Source of the DNA: Amoebidium appalachense
Taxonomy: Eukaryota > Protista > Ichthyosporea
Direction: 5' to 3'
DNA: 64,000 nucleotides
Assembly: GCA_963693365.1 (NCBI GenBank)
Contig: CAVNZM010000004.1
Span: 1,299,449 to 1,363,448, forward strand
Of this stretch, positions 36,740 to 63,594 are shown in pieces. Numbering within the stretch: position 1 is the first letter of the stretch; every line of letters starts with the position of its first letter. A program made the translations under genes and the position numbers. The notes under the pieces are model-generated. The model was not told the DNA's origin. It was given only the letters and a program-made list of their open reading frames with translations, and did not search any database.

Positions 36740-37075
36740 GCGGAGAGGGAACGAGATTATAATGAGAGAGCAGATGATAGGTAGGAATTTTATCGGGCTT
36801 GGTGGGGCCCAAACGGTGTTAAATAAACTCTTACGGCGAGGGAAGAAAGTTGGACAGTGCACGGAACAGACCAAATTTGGGCAAAGAATTTTCGTAGAAA
36901 GCTTTAGATAAATCAACGAAATGTAGTGTGGCTCTGCTCAGGTTTGTATAGGCACGTGCTATAATACTGTGCTAGGTTTACCATACCACATGTCAATATG
37001 GGCACCGCCAATTGCATGTCATATCAGGATTTACGCTGTTAAATTACACGAGGCCGGTCTGAGATATGGGGTTGA

Positions 37076-37113
37076 TTTGCTCGGTATATCCCCTCAGCGT
37101 TATGTCATGGTCA
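37076..37113 (+). repeat. Dispersed repeat fragment, copy of 9653-9690
   Basis: 34 of 38 bases identical to 9653-9690. Confidence 0.7.
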
Positions 37114-37989
37114 CGGACATAGATATCTATCCGTTCCCTGGTAATTCATTTCACCAGGACGTAGGGCACTGTACCGAAGCTTGCACTGAGCCAGATGCCT
37201 CCTGTGATAGCCCAAAATCTAAAAATGTGAGGTTACTTTATCTGTTTTGGGATATTTCCGCGCTGCCGCTCTCATCGATGTAATTTCATTTACGAGGAAT
37301 GTCTTTTAACGATCTCCGTATGTACACAGCAGTCCGAATCTGGAAACATGATTGAGCGGGCGCCTTCAAGGAGGGGTCGGTGACGGTGCTGGTGGTGGTG
37401 GTGCGGTGTGTCTGTGTGTGTGTGTGTGTGCACATGTGTGTGTGTTTGGGGGGAGGGTGGGAGGCACTACACCAGAATACTCATCAAAACTTTCCTTGTT
37501 GGAACCTAACCCCCCCCCCCCCCCCCCCCCCCCCTCTTCCTCCTCCTTCCCCCAACACACACACGCACACATGCAGGAGACCCCTTGGATCGGGGGATGG
37601 CCTGTGTTTATCGACCCTTCCCAGTCTCCCCTCTCCGCAGTAGAGCTCCCGCTGCCCTTAAACTTGATTACCCCCACACCCCCGGCCCTTTCTCCTTAAG
37701 ATGTAACCTCCCCGGAGTCCCCCCTTCCTCGAAGCCTCCCCACCTACCCGTCCGACTTTACCCTCCCTCCACTTCCCCTCCATCTCCCCACTCCCCTCTC
37801 CCAACTTGATTCCCCCCGGCCCACCCACCCCCCTTTCCCCCACCCCCTCCCCCGGGCCCCGCTTTCAGAAACTTTCTTTCAGCTATATCAGGTCGCCGAA
37901 ATCTGAGATGTTGTGCCTTTTTAACCTCGTTCGGAAGATTTGCACTCTTAACCCGAGAAGAAGGCCCGAAGTTTCGCGACGCGCCAACA

Positions 37990-38036
<47 letters not shown>

Positions 38037-38057
38037 ACGTGGCACACACACACATGT

Positions 38058-38096
<39 letters not shown>

Positions 38097-39276
38097 AAAA
38101 CAAAAAAAAAACACCCATGGCAAACCATCCGAAGAAAAAAAGAAAAAGAATGATTTGGACTTGTTGTGCAGCTAGGAGCTAGGGCTGGGCATAAGAAATG
38201 TACGTCAAAGTTCCCGGTGACGTCAATGGCTGCTAAATTTGGTGCACGAAATTACCGCTCAGCAGGTATTCTCGGAATGTATTCTGAATACAAAAGGTAT
38301 TCCCTTGTATAACTCTGAATATATTATGGATGTTGTAAAGGTCAAATATTCTCGGATATGTGCCTGGATACATATGCACGGTGTTTCCGGTGTGTGGGTC
38401 AGACAGTCTCGGAATTCCGCCTGAATATACACGGTATTAAGGGTGTATGGGTCGGTATCCCCGTAACTATGCCTGAATGCACATGATATCCCAGGGTTAT
38501 AGGTCGGAAGTTCTCAGAATTCATGTGGCTTATATAATATGTACAGTATCCGCACTGATCAGGTGAGGCCTTACATTCGGAATTATGCCTGGCCCAAATA
38601 TGTACGGTATTCACGGTGTATAGGTAAGACATTCTGGGGATTGTGCCTGAACTTCGCACGGTATTCCAGCCAAAAAGCGCAATATTCTTGGTGTATCCTC
38701 ATTGCAGCTGCCCCTCCTCTTCGGGCAAGCCTGCTGCTGCAGGTCGCGAGGCTGCCCATCCGTTGTGGTGGCATTGCACGTATTCTCAAAAAACATGCAC
38801 TGTTTATTACAACCTCAGATATAACGCACCTTTGCACACGACATGCGTGTTTTCGTATCTAGAGTTTTCTATACATACATCATCCTGTACACACAGCCAA
38901 GAAGCAATTCTCAATCATCTGATACTTCGACTACACTACAGAAGTATATAGTGAGGGTAAGTATGAGCCAACCCAAACTCAGATTTGGGCCAAACATCCA
39001 ATCCACCAGAAATCATCACCAATCAGAATAACGAAGCAACTCTCTACAAGGAGTTGCTTTCAAATACCCCTCACTCGATTATCATGCCAAACAAATAGAT
39101 CATGGGTTCCAAAAATAGTAACTACTGCACACAACTTGACACAGTTAAGCTATGGTGTAGTATTGGATTTCTTGCCGGTGTAGTATTGGAATTCTTGCAG
39201 TTAAAAGAGGGCAGATGCACGTGTGCTGATAACCAAAAATGTGCATGTGTATGGGTATGTGTATGTGTATGTGTAT

Positions 39277-39313
<37 letters not shown>

Positions 39314-39653
39314 ATTGTGTGTGTGTGTGTGTCTGTGTGTGCAATGTGCTTTCTGTAAAAAAGGACTCTCATGCTCTCAGGCTGTGTGGATGTGTGGGTA
39401 AGAACCAGATGTGTGTGTGCAGCTCGAGTGTGTGTGTTCGTGTGTTCGTGTCGGTTGGTGTTCCCGTACTCGTATGCCTGTGTGGCTACGTGTGTATGTG
39501 TGTGTGTGCAAGCTCATATCCAAAACAATCCGCTATACATTCTCTAACAATCCCTCCCCCCTCCCCCCCCCTCCCCCCCCCCCCCGTCCCTCCCCCCTCC
39601 CCTCTCCTCCCCATAACATACATTCACACGACCATCCCCCCTCACACTCACAC

Positions 39654-45103
<5,450 letters not shown>

Positions 45104-45745
45104 GTTTGATTGTGTGGGTGGGTAGGAGCTAAGTGTGCTAGTATGCAGGCATGCTGACAACGAATTAGACATGTGAGGGTTCTTCGTTGCTTGTTGTGAA
45201 ACAATTCTACAGCAGGTTTTGTCGGGTGTTTTGCCCTAAAAGTCTAGTAAACTGATACAAACACTGACGGACGATAGTAGCTACATAGAGCTGTAGGGTG
45301 TGTCTACATACAGTGACTGTGCGGTTCATTGCGAGCATGCTCTATTCCTTTGTAGAACAAAGCCAGGCGTTTTTGTGTGGATGATAAAAATGGCCTCATT
45401 GGCATGCCAAGAATGCCGGGTATGCGGTGATAGTTTATACAGGAACGCGGGTTACGGACTGATAGCGCGTGTGGCTAGAGCGTATATAGCCTCGGATTTA
45501 GTGCTACGGATTTATGATATGATAGAATAATGCGTTTTTAAGTACAGCCAAGGAAAAGGGCTGAATATTGGACTCTGAGAAGACTGTAAAGCTAAAAAAA
45601 GCGGTACTTTCAACGTGTTACTTACATGTATACATTCGTACATTGTCGGAACCAAAACTATTTTTGTATAAGAACCCCCTATACCCACATTAATATCTAT
45701 TTTTTTGTTTTGTGGGAGTGGACATGTATGTAACTGGCGTTAGAC

Positions 45746-45784
45746 CACGGCCATCTAGAAACACCGTGTTTCTAGATGGCCGTG
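45746..45784. mobile_element. 39-bp TIR-only mini-transposon with an 8-bp target-site duplication
   Basis: Perfect 19-bp inverted arms CACGGCCATCTAGAAACAC / GTGTTTCTAGATGGCCGTG separated by 1 nt, flanked by CGTTAGAC at 45738-45745 and 45785-45792. Confidence 0.85.
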
Positions 45785-46574
45785 CGTTAGACATTACATT
45801 TTGTGGAAGATATAGGCCCTTAATTTATTTAGCTGAAAAATTAATGCGATTATTGAAGTTATGATTTTAGGGAGTATAATCGAACCTACTGTACCAGTAC
45901 CACTTCTGCATGTGGCACCGACAATGATGGACGGTAGATAAAAAGTTGGTCTGCCAGCCGGATATCCCAATGGAAATTTATAAAATATGCCTTGATCGAA
46001 ATCCCTTTTTGAGAACATCAGTACTGCAAGTGCGCGTTATGCATCCCTTTTCTCATTTTTCATTTTTCAAACAACTTATTTTTAGGTATAATGCGGAACA
46101 GCCAGCAACTTGCTCTTCAATGGTGAAATTTCAAGGTGAAGTCGAGTCGGCCACGAGATGGCCGGACTGGGGGCTTGGTACTATGGCATATATGGGGACG
46201 GGGAATCCCTCACGGATCCCGGATGACTGCAGTATGCAAGAATTGGCCAATCAGAATGTGCCCTTATGACTACACAAAATACAAACTCAGCCTGATTCAT
46301 TGAACACTGAGCATTTCAAACTGCACGTAAGTAATAACTTTATAAAATTAAAGACTAGTTAGGGAGTCAAGCAACCCAATTATATATCTGTAAAAGGTGG
46401 GTCGAGCTTATTCTCTACTGTGACTCACATGAGAATTTGAGGGTCACGCAGATGGTCGAAATTTTAGATTGTTGGAAACGAGTTTGTCCAATATATTTAT
46501 GAAACCCCCCAAAAGATCCCTTTTTAACGTTAGGCTTTAGGGTCAACTTGTTGGCTGCATTACAGTATTGGGCA

Positions 46575-46606
<32 letters not shown>

Positions 46607-46936
46607 TATCCCTTTAAGCGGTTGGTCGCCGTAAAATCCGCATTTACGCTGGAAAGAATGCCAAAATGAATATAGCACAAACCAGTAACTAATTTCGCAC
46701 CCTGGTTTTGGCACGTACTCGTTTCGCGCGTATCGATTGGTGCACGCGGTAACCAAGGCCATCTTGGAAATCCAAACCGTCCAGATGCCCTCGTCACTTA
46801 CAAAATCCCTCAAAAGACCATCACAGGAAAGCTACTGTATGCTTCAACAGTTTTTTTTTTGAAGTCAAAGTATTCAAGTGGCGGCGACTTCGCGATATTT
46901 TCATAGCTACAGTGTGCTATAACATATAACTTCATA

Positions 46937-48479
46937 ATGGGGTTGAAGGTTCAGTATGGTCTTTTGGGTCTGTTCTCCGCCGCCTGGGGCCTACCTATTC
47001 CAAACGACCATGTGTCTCTGGTTCAGCCGCAGGGCATGGCCCTTTTTGTGGACCCTAAGACAATAAGGGAGAGCTACTTTAAGCTCAGCACCCACCTGGA
47101 GACGCAGATGTTTGAGGTGCGTACGTGTGTGTGCGCGTTTGGTTGAGGGAGGGGAAGTAGTTACTGAGGGTAGGAATGGGTGTAGGCATCGGTCTCTTTG
47201 GTGTGAGTGAGTGCCCGCACGTGTGTGTGTGTGTCTGTGTGTGTGTGTGCCTGTGTGGATATGGCGGGGTTGAGCTGGTAGTCGATGTGTGTGCGTATGT
47301 GTGTGTGTGTGTTTCTACCTGCTTGTGTGTGTATGCGCGCTCACGTATGTGTTCGTGTACAGGTGTTTGACTCAATCTGTATGTGGTGTGTTGTGTAAGG
47401 GTGTGTGCGGAAGCGACGGTGCGTGCGCGTGTATTTGTATATGTGCCTGTGTATATGGTGTTTGAGCTGGCTTCACACACTGCAAGTTATTTCTGGTTGG
47501 CTTCTTAAATATCTCTATTATATTTAATAAAACGTTATGCCTCGTCCACACACAGAAAACATCCTAAATCTAACCTTAACCCTTTACCCCACCAGTCCTA
47601 CTGCGGCGTAGCTACGTCTGTGACTGTTTTGAACGCGTTTGGCAGCAACATCCGTGCGCCTGTGGACCCTCTGTTTTCGCCCTTCCCGTACTTCACCCAG
47701 CAGAATATTTTCTCTAACGAGTGTGCACTCAACGTAACCACACCACGTATGACCCCCCCCCCTCCCCCCCCCCCCCCCTCCCGCTTTCATTGTGATAGCT
47801 GATTTCTTATGCGTTCACTCAGCGAGATCTGGGCCCCTGTGCTCTTTGATTTTAGTTGTACCAGCTTCCCCTCCCTTCCCCCCCCCCTCCCCCCCCCCCC
47901 CCCCCTCCCCCCCTTCCCTCCCGCACTCTCTAATAGGTCACCCTGACTTCTTTTCTTTCCAAAACTCTACTTCTTGCGGCATGTCCCCTTCCCCCGGAGG
48001 CGGGGCTCTCCCCGTGCCATGGCACATACACTTAAAGCTGTTGTTGGTTGGTGTCCCCCCCCCCCCCTCCCCCCACCCACACACACACACACACCCCGTT
48101 GCTTTATGCTAGCTACTCTTGTTTATTGTTTTTGGCTATTTGTTGCGGCTCCTTTGTCTCTTCACTTTGGCTGCCACTTTTTGAGACACGTCTTTATGTG
48201 TGTGGCCCATGCACAGACACACACACACACACACACAGGCAGGCACCCAAAATACACGGATACACACATGGACGCCTAAACCCACACACACACACATACA
48301 CGTACGCACCTTCTCCCCCCCCCCTTCTCCCCTCCCCCCCTCACCCCCCACCCACCCAACCACAGTCCCATCCACACACACACACACACACACACACATG
48401 CACACATACAAACACACACCATGCAAACACACGCACCCACACCCACACACACATATGCACACATACAAACACACACCAT

Positions 48480-48552
<73 letters not shown>

Positions 48553-48687
48553 ACACATCGTGTGCATCCTTCCATACATTTATCCATGCCTTGCCCTTCT
48601 ACCCTCCTTATTGTGCTCTGTCCTATACCCATGTGCCTCGCACTGTGTTTCACAGTCCTAACCCCCCCCCCCCCCCCCCCCGCCCAA

Positions 48688-48726
<39 letters not shown>

Positions 48727-48854
48727 TAGCGCGTGTTCAGTTCCGTGGGATGACGTTGGACCAGGTGGCCAGTCTGATGTCATGTTGGGGGGTCGACGCT
48801 GAGGCTGTGCGTGCCACGGACGATGTATGACCTCCCCCCCCCCCTCCCCCCCCA

Positions 48855-48950
<96 letters not shown>

Positions 48951-49189
48951 TTCCTCCCTCCCCCCCCCCCCTCCCCGCCCCCCCTCCTCCTCCTTCTCCT
49001 CATCCGGGAAATCAATCCCGATGCCCAAGCACACACAAACCAATTAGTTAGTATTGACTTACAAACGAACGGAACAGGGCTAAAGGTGTCACTTAGCGGG
49101 ATGGGGAAAAAGAAAGAGGGAGGAGGGGGATAGGATGGGGGGGATGGAGGGGACCGGGGAGGGGGGTGGGTTGCGGGATAAGACGACAT

Positions 49190-49252
<63 letters not shown>

Positions 49253-50238
49253 CGTGCATGCATCCATGCACACACATGTGTGTGGGTGTGTGTAAATATC
49301 TTTGATGAATACGTTCGTTTTGGTGTGCGAGACTGTCACGTGATCGTTGCTAAGAAACCACCAATCAGATGACCCTGGAGGAGTTCCGCAACTCTCTGGT
49401 GAATGTTCTGCTTAGACCCGATGCCTTTGTGACCGTCAACTTTGATCGCAAGAAACTGAATGAGGAAGGAGGTATGTGCGTGTGGTCATATATTGAAAAA
49501 AAGAAGTACACACACACACGCGCGCTCATACACACACTCAGACACAGACACAGACACAGATACAGATACAGACACACGCTCACGTACACACACACACACA
49601 CATGCGCGCGCGCGCGCACGGATGTCCACCACATACAAGTGGTAGGTGTATCAACACACATGCACACGCTCATACGTTCAAGTACACTTAGCAGAACAAA
49701 TACATTTCACTTACCACTGATACCAGTTGTGACACTCCAATGCCACAAGAAATGGTAGAATACCCGCAGCATGCATATCTTTCAACAACAACAACAAACC
49801 CCCCCCTCCCCCCCCCCCCCCCCCCCCCCCCCCGGTCCGCTACTTGCATATATATAGCTATGCTTTCAAAATCCACCTCCCTCCACCACCCACCCTCCCC
49901 CTCCTCCTCCCCCCTCTCCTCTCCCCCTTCCTCCTCCCCCCCCCTCCCCCCCCCCCCCCGCGCCCCCCCCCCTCCTCCTCCCACGCCCCGCCCTGCACAC
50001 AGAGTCTTACACACACGTATACACAGGTGGACACCACTCACCCTTGGGTGCCTACCACCCCGGCACGGACCGTTTCCTCATGTTGGATGTGGCCCGCTTC
50101 AAGTATCCCCCCCATTGGGTCACCGCACAGCAGCTATTTGACTCGGTCAAGACGGGGGAGGGGGATGATCGTAGGGGGTTCATCGTGGCTGCTTTGCCCG
50201 ACACAACCACTAGGATTAAGCGGTGGTTGATGAATTAA
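46937..50238 (+). CDS. Short phytochelatin synthase-like protein (papain-fold peptidase C83; 246 aa) with an N-terminal signal peptide
   Basis: Exons 46937-47116, 47596-47746, 48730-48824, 49369-49471, 50027-50238 (741 nt, phase-consistent). Motifs: ETQ-x3[14 protein letters not shown] (Gln/Cys), [28 protein letters not shown] (His), [18 protein letters not shown] (Asp), RGF. Confidence 0.92.
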
Positions 50239-51357
50239 ATAATCATAGTGGGGCGGTTCGTGGGATGTGATTGGGTGTTGGATTTAAAAATCATTTATAA
50301 ATTTTTTTTAAATTTTGATGCAGTGTGTGAGGGAAGGCAGGATGAAAATGATCTGTCTTTTTGTGTACCCCAACCGTTACTTTACATGTTACCCTAGCTC
50401 CCTTTTCTACCATTCAGAACCTTTCCCATTGTTTCTTTTTTTTAAAAAAAATTCAAGTTCACAGAGTTATAATCCCCTCAGAACATAGAAGATTTCAGCA
50501 TGTGTCATAGTTTTAGTAGAAATTCAGCTGTAAAATGCACCAGCTGTCCTTGAAAGGCCTTTTTAGCCCCAAGTACATACATGGCTCATTCCGAGTTAAC
50601 ACGCATGCAGGCGAAATACGAAATAAAAATGGAACCATGTTTGCAGTGGTAGCTCGCACCATCTTTTTATTGGTTGGATATCATGTGATGCCTATACACA
50701 TGTATGCATGCGCAATCACATTTCTCATTCGACATTTGCTGCTGAGCCAGCAGCCGGGGCACGTGCACACAAACCGTTCAACAAACAACATGCCGGACAT
50801 ACTACGCGCATATGTGATTTTTACCCAATCACTTTGGCTCTCCCATGTGTTAATTGATGTTTTGGATTTGTCGTCTGTGTCTCCATGTGTGAACAAACAT
50901 ACGTGCATACGTACTTAGATTTGAGGCTTTGCGCAACACCAACGGCCTTCCACCCAATCCACGCTTCACCACCAAAACTCCTGAATACACATGCGAATGC
51001 GGGCACACAGGCACAGACTGGTCACCTACTACACCCCATATCACCCCATCCTGCACGCACTACTCATACCTTTCATCATACAAAAACACTTTCTAATATA
51101 GCAAACAAATCAACAGCAACCCATTTACAATAGAATTTGGTGAGCAGAGTAGCAGTGTGCGGTGCACTGTCTCTAGGCAAGGGCGGGTGTGAAGAATGTA
51201 ATGAACTTTTCTCTCTCTTCGAAGAATTCTCTCCTCTTCTGGCAAAGCCAAGAAAGAACGTTGTCCAACACCGTGAAGTCAGCTATGGAAACTGGGGGGG
51301 GTGAAGTTGGGGCCTGTCCCGATCAAACCTCTGCTTGTTGTGTTTGCCCTGTACATG

Positions 51358-51434
<77 letters not shown>

Positions 51435-51514
51435 GTGTGTGTGTGTGTAAGTGTGTGTGTGTGTGTGTGCGTGTGTGCGCGCGCGCACGCGAGTGCGTGC
51501 GGGCGTGTGCGTGC

Positions 51515-51591
<77 letters not shown>

Positions 51592-52055
51592 CGCACGTGT
51601 GCATGTGCGCAGGGAGTGTATGTGTGTAGGTATGTGTGTGTGTGGGTATGTGTGGGTGTGGGTGGGTGGGTGGGGGGGGGGAAGTGGGTGGGTGAGTTCG
51701 GTTTGGGGGGGAGTGGGGGGGGAGGTCATGGAGGCAAAAACTTGACACAGGGAAAGAGAACCCGTCAAAGACTGGCCCATGGACCACCACCACAAAACAC
51801 ACACACACACACATGGGAAGAATGCAGACCACACGGTGCAACAAGATATGTGTTGATCGTCCCTATGTGCACCTTAGGTGTACGTGTGCTTTTGTGTGTT
51901 TGCGCATTTACGCGCTCTGACTGGGGTTGGAGGGAGGCAAAAACACACGAGGTGGTATATGAATCCCTTTCCTTTGGTCCCTTCACCACCTCACACACCC
52001 ACAACAACCCCCCCCCCCCTCCCCCCTCCTGTCCCCCCCTCCTCCTTTCTCCTCT

Positions 52056-52089
<34 letters not shown>

Positions 52090-52165
52090 ACGCGCCCTTC
52101 CCCTCACAACACACACACACACATACACGCACACATACACACACCCATACACACACACACACCCA

Positions 52166-52198
<33 letters not shown>

Positions 52199-52216
52199 CC
52201 TCAAAACACACACAAT

Positions 52217-59335
<7,119 letters not shown>

Positions 59336-59889
59336 CTGTGTCGCGCGGATGAATGCACAAAATTCCTATCATGCAAAATGCAAAAGTTAGTATAATTATG
59401 ATCTAGTTTGTGTCTAAGTCTGTCTGAATGTTTGTATATTGTTGCTTGTGTGTATACAAATGTCTGTCGTGTGTTTGTATGAGCAATTCGTGTGTTTGTA
59501 TATATTTCTGCATCTCTTGTGTTCGTGTGTTTTTATGTATTTTGTGTGTTTGTATAGCACCGAGCCTCGTATTGCTATAATGTGTGTTGCGTGTCAGGAA
59601 ATACTCTTGTATGGACTAAGCCTAGAATGCAGGGAAACAATTGAAGAGACACACACACAACACTACAAACATGAGTGCCCCATCCATCCACCGTCGAAAA
59701 AGTCTACACAGGTCCTATGTGGAGTGGCACCAAGGCCTTATAAATACGACTGGTACAACTCGTCCATGGGTGGGAAGACACCAAAGGGAAAGACTGGAAC
59801 TGCTTACGTGATTGTGAGACCGGGTATAAGTGAAGACGCCGGAACAAGGGGGGGGGGGGGGGGGGAGGGGGAGGGGTGGGTGGGGGGAA

Positions 59890-59929
<40 letters not shown>

Positions 59930-60051
59930 TCGAACCTCAGTTCTGGGTTGTGGTTGGCCTTCGGGACACTTTGTGGTTACTTCGTCACTTGTGAATGGTA
60001 GTGAGAGGTCTAGGTGCGAGTTGGCATGCAGCTGGCATAGGAAGATGTCGG

Positions 60052-60083
<32 letters not shown>

Positions 60084-60127
60084 ACGCGCATCCGCGTGTG
60101 CGTGTGCGTGTGCGTGTGCGTGTGCGT

Positions 60128-60163
<36 letters not shown>

Positions 60164-60504
60164 TCCGGTGAGTGTGGTGACTTTTTGTGTACGATGCACA
60201 TATCTGCCACACCAATATTGATGTATGTCAGACCCAGCACTAATCAGGACATCTGCATGCACACATTCACAAGCACTACAGCATGACGTGGCATATTAAA
60301 GGGAAGAGAAAAAAAAGAGATGAATCGTGAAGCAGCGAATAAGCATGTGCACCCAGACCCTGCCAGCGTGAGCAAAGCGGCCAACAATCAACAAGTGTAC
60401 ACCCTCTCTCCGGTCAGGTTCTCTTACATCGGCTCACCCCTTTTCCCCTATCTTCCCCAAACCTCCACCACTGCCCCCTTCCTCCTCTTTTTCCTTATGC
60501 GTAC

Positions 60505-60538
<34 letters not shown>

Positions 60539-60955
60539 AGAAAGAGTGAGAGAGAGAGGGGGGAGGGGGGGGGGGGGGGGGAACACACCTCCTTGGGACA
60601 GAAGCACGTGTGTTGGCCTGGGGTTCGAGTCCAGGCTGCCACTTGGACCCACCGTAGCCATGCACACCTTGTTGCCTAATTAGGAAAGAAAATGTGTGAG
60701 TGTTACAAGGTGTATCTGTATTGGTGGAATATGGAATGGTGCTGCCTGTTCGTGTTATCTGTGGTATGTTTGTGGTATTTTGGTTGTGGGGCATGTGATA
60801 CCCATTAAACCTTTTCTTTTTGGAGCATGCTCCCTATCGAGCAACCTAACACCTTTGCCCAAGCTCCCATCGAATCTGGCGCTCAACCCCGGGCCCACCC
60901 ATTTCCTTCTACCTAACCTCATCATGTACACCCCCAAACCTTCACAACCCCTACA

Positions 60956-61846
60956 CCCCACATAAACATACCAGGCACTCCGCTAGACCACAACTGACAG
61001 CATTCTACCCAGCATGCCACACTATTTCGTCAACCATAGCTATGTTTAGGGCTGCCCCACATAAACATACCAGGCACTCCGCTAGACCACAACTGACAGC
61101 ATTCTACCCAGCATGCCACACTATTTCGTCAACCATAGCTATGTTTAGGGCTGCCCCACATAAACATACCAGGCACTCCGCTAGACCACAACTGACAGCA
61201 TTCTACCCAGCATGCCACACTATTTCGTCAACCATAGCTATGTTTAGGGCTGCCCCACATAAACATACCAGGCACTCCGCTAGACCACAACTGACAGCAT
61301 TCTACCCAGCATGCCACACTATTTCGTCAACCATAGCTATGTTTAGGGCTGCCCCACATAAACATACCAGGCACTCCGCTAGACCACAACTGACAGCATT
61401 CTACCCAGCACGCCACACTATTTCGTCAACCATAGCTATGTTTAGGGCTGCCCCACATAAACATACCAGGCACTCCGCTAGACCACAACTGACAGCATTC
61501 TACCCAGCACGCGACACTATTTCGTCAACCATAGCTATGTTTAGGGCTGCCCCACATAAACATACCAGGCACTCCGCTAGACCACAACTGACAGCATTCT
61601 ACCCAGCATGCCACACTATTTCGTCAACCATAGCTATGTTTAGGGCTGCCCCACATAAACATACCAGGCACTCCGCTAGACCACAACTGACAGCATTCTA
61701 CCCAGCATGCCACACTATTTCGTCAACCATAGCTATGTTTAGGGCTGCCCCACATAAACATACCAGGCACTCCGCTAGACCACAACTGACAGCATTCTAC
61801 CCAGCATGCCACACTATTTCGTCAACCATAGCTATGTTTAGGGCTG
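60956..61846. repeat. Minisatellite, 99-bp unit, 9 near-identical copies
   Basis: 891 bp = 9 x 99. Copies differ only at catgcc/cacgcc/cacgcg. One + frame is open and gives a 33-aa repeat. Confidence 0.95.
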
Positions 61847-61921
61847 CTTCAGTTTGAGGGAATGGCTTCGACAGCAAAAAAGATGTGGACGGACAGTTTG
61901 GGCTGCACAAAGGAAGGGAGG

Positions 61922-61959
<38 letters not shown>

Positions 61960-62865
61960 TCTGAGTACCTGCCATGATGTGTTTGATTGCGGTGTTTACG
62001 TGCATGGCTGCTGGCTGTACACCCCAACAGTTAGGGACAGAAACTACCTCCCTTCCCCCCCCCCCCCCCCCCCCCCCCCCCGGGGCTTCCACCACTAGAA
62101 AAAAAAAAGGAGGAGAGAAAAGGAAGGAAACGCTTTCACAGTTGGAAGAAATGTTGGCACCTTCATGCGGGGCAAACGTGTGTGCACACAAAAAAACAGC
62201 GCATACACACCACAAACAGCCAATAGTCTATCCACATCCGAACAAACATCAGAACATATCACAAACCCACTCTTCTCAATATCCCAACCCTCCAGAACCA
62301 GGCATACACTTTGAGACATATAAAATGTAGTAGATACACAGCGTGATAGACAGACACTGAGATAGATACATGCTGCCAAATATATGCAGTGCAATAGATG
62401 TGATAGATATACGATGTGATAGATATACAGCGAGACATATTTAGAGTAATAAATACATGGTATGGCACAGGCAAAGTCATTTTGACCCCAAGTGCAATAC
62501 AAAAAACATAACACGGCCCGAAAAGAACCAAACTTACTTTCGAAGCACACAGTCCGTATGGCGTTACACACAAGCCACAATTCCATTGAAACCAACTGCC
62601 ACACAGCCAAACAACATTTAAGTCTGTTGCACTTCTCTACGTGGGGGCACATCCGTCCCTCCATTTCAAGCAATGGACTCGAAAGTAGCCCAACAGGTGA
62701 AAGATCAGTGATGTTAATGGTGTGTGCATGTACACTTAAAGTGTGACAAAACACAGGGAAGGGAGGTAGGGAGAGGGGGAGGGGGGGGGGGGGGGGGGGG
62801 GGTCTTACATCTATTGGGGTAACCCGTTGCATCGACTTTGTTGGGAGGAGGTCTGTAGGGGGCAA

Positions 62866-63212
62866 AGATCAGAAGACGTAGCTCTACTATTTGTCGCTTT
62901 ACGTTCTCACTGCAAGAGGTCAGAACACGTAGCTCTAATGTTTGGTGCTATACGTTCCCACTGAAAAAGGTCAGAACGCGTAGCTCTACTGTTTGTCGCT
63001 TTATGTTCTCACTGCAAAAGGTCAGAACACGTAGCTCTACTGTTTGTTGCTATACGTTCACACTGCAAAAGGTCAGAACACGTAGCTCTCATTGTTTGTT
63101 GCTATACGTTCCCACTTCAAAAGGTCAGAACACGTAGCTCTCTTGCATGATGATATGATGTACCTTCCCATTCCTGAATAGGTAAGAACGCGTAGCTCTA
63201 CTGTGTGGTGCT
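62866..63212. repeat. Degenerate minisatellite, ~51-bp unit, 6-7 copies
   Basis: Core ggtcagaacacgtagctct recurs at ~62867, 62918, 62969, 63020, 63071, 63123 and 63181. Confidence 0.85.
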
Positions 63213-63412
63213 AATTTATCCTTCCCTGCATCCTTTGCACTCGCCTAACATCTAATATCTCTTCCCCCAATGTCATTACTATATACTCTAAACTTTACAA
63301 GTTAATGGATATGCACTCACACTTTCCAGACACACCCCTACAACCACACAACCACACACGCGCACACACCCATACCCACAACCATCTGTACATACTAACC
63401 AACACACATGTA

Positions 63413-63458
<46 letters not shown>

Positions 63459-63594
63459 CCCCACCCACCCACCCCGGGGCGAGACCATGCATAAAACACA
63501 CACAGGTGGCTCCTATGCATGCAACAGGCATAAACATCCAAATACACTCCACCCACCCTATGTCCCCATTTTCCAAACTCAGCAACCAACCCCA

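Noticed and set aside
38180-38975. Possible non-autonomous hAT element (TAGGGCTGGGC start, recurrent cggtatt/cggaat motifs)
   Set aside because: No convincing right TIR or TSD was found.
46722-46740. E2F-like TTTCGCGC plus ATTGG upstream of the PCS gene
   Set aside because: Short motifs expected by chance; unsupported without conservation or chromatin data.
60612-60642. B-box/T-arm-like 'cctggggttcgagtccagg'
   Set aside because: No matching A-box or cloverleaf upstream, so no tRNA is called.
62866-63212. CRISPR-like periodicity (conserved ~20-bp core every ~51 bp)
   Set aside because: The intervening segments are homologous to one another rather than unique spacers, there are no cas genes, and the context is eukaryotic. 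The same applies to the 45-bp and 99-bp arrays.
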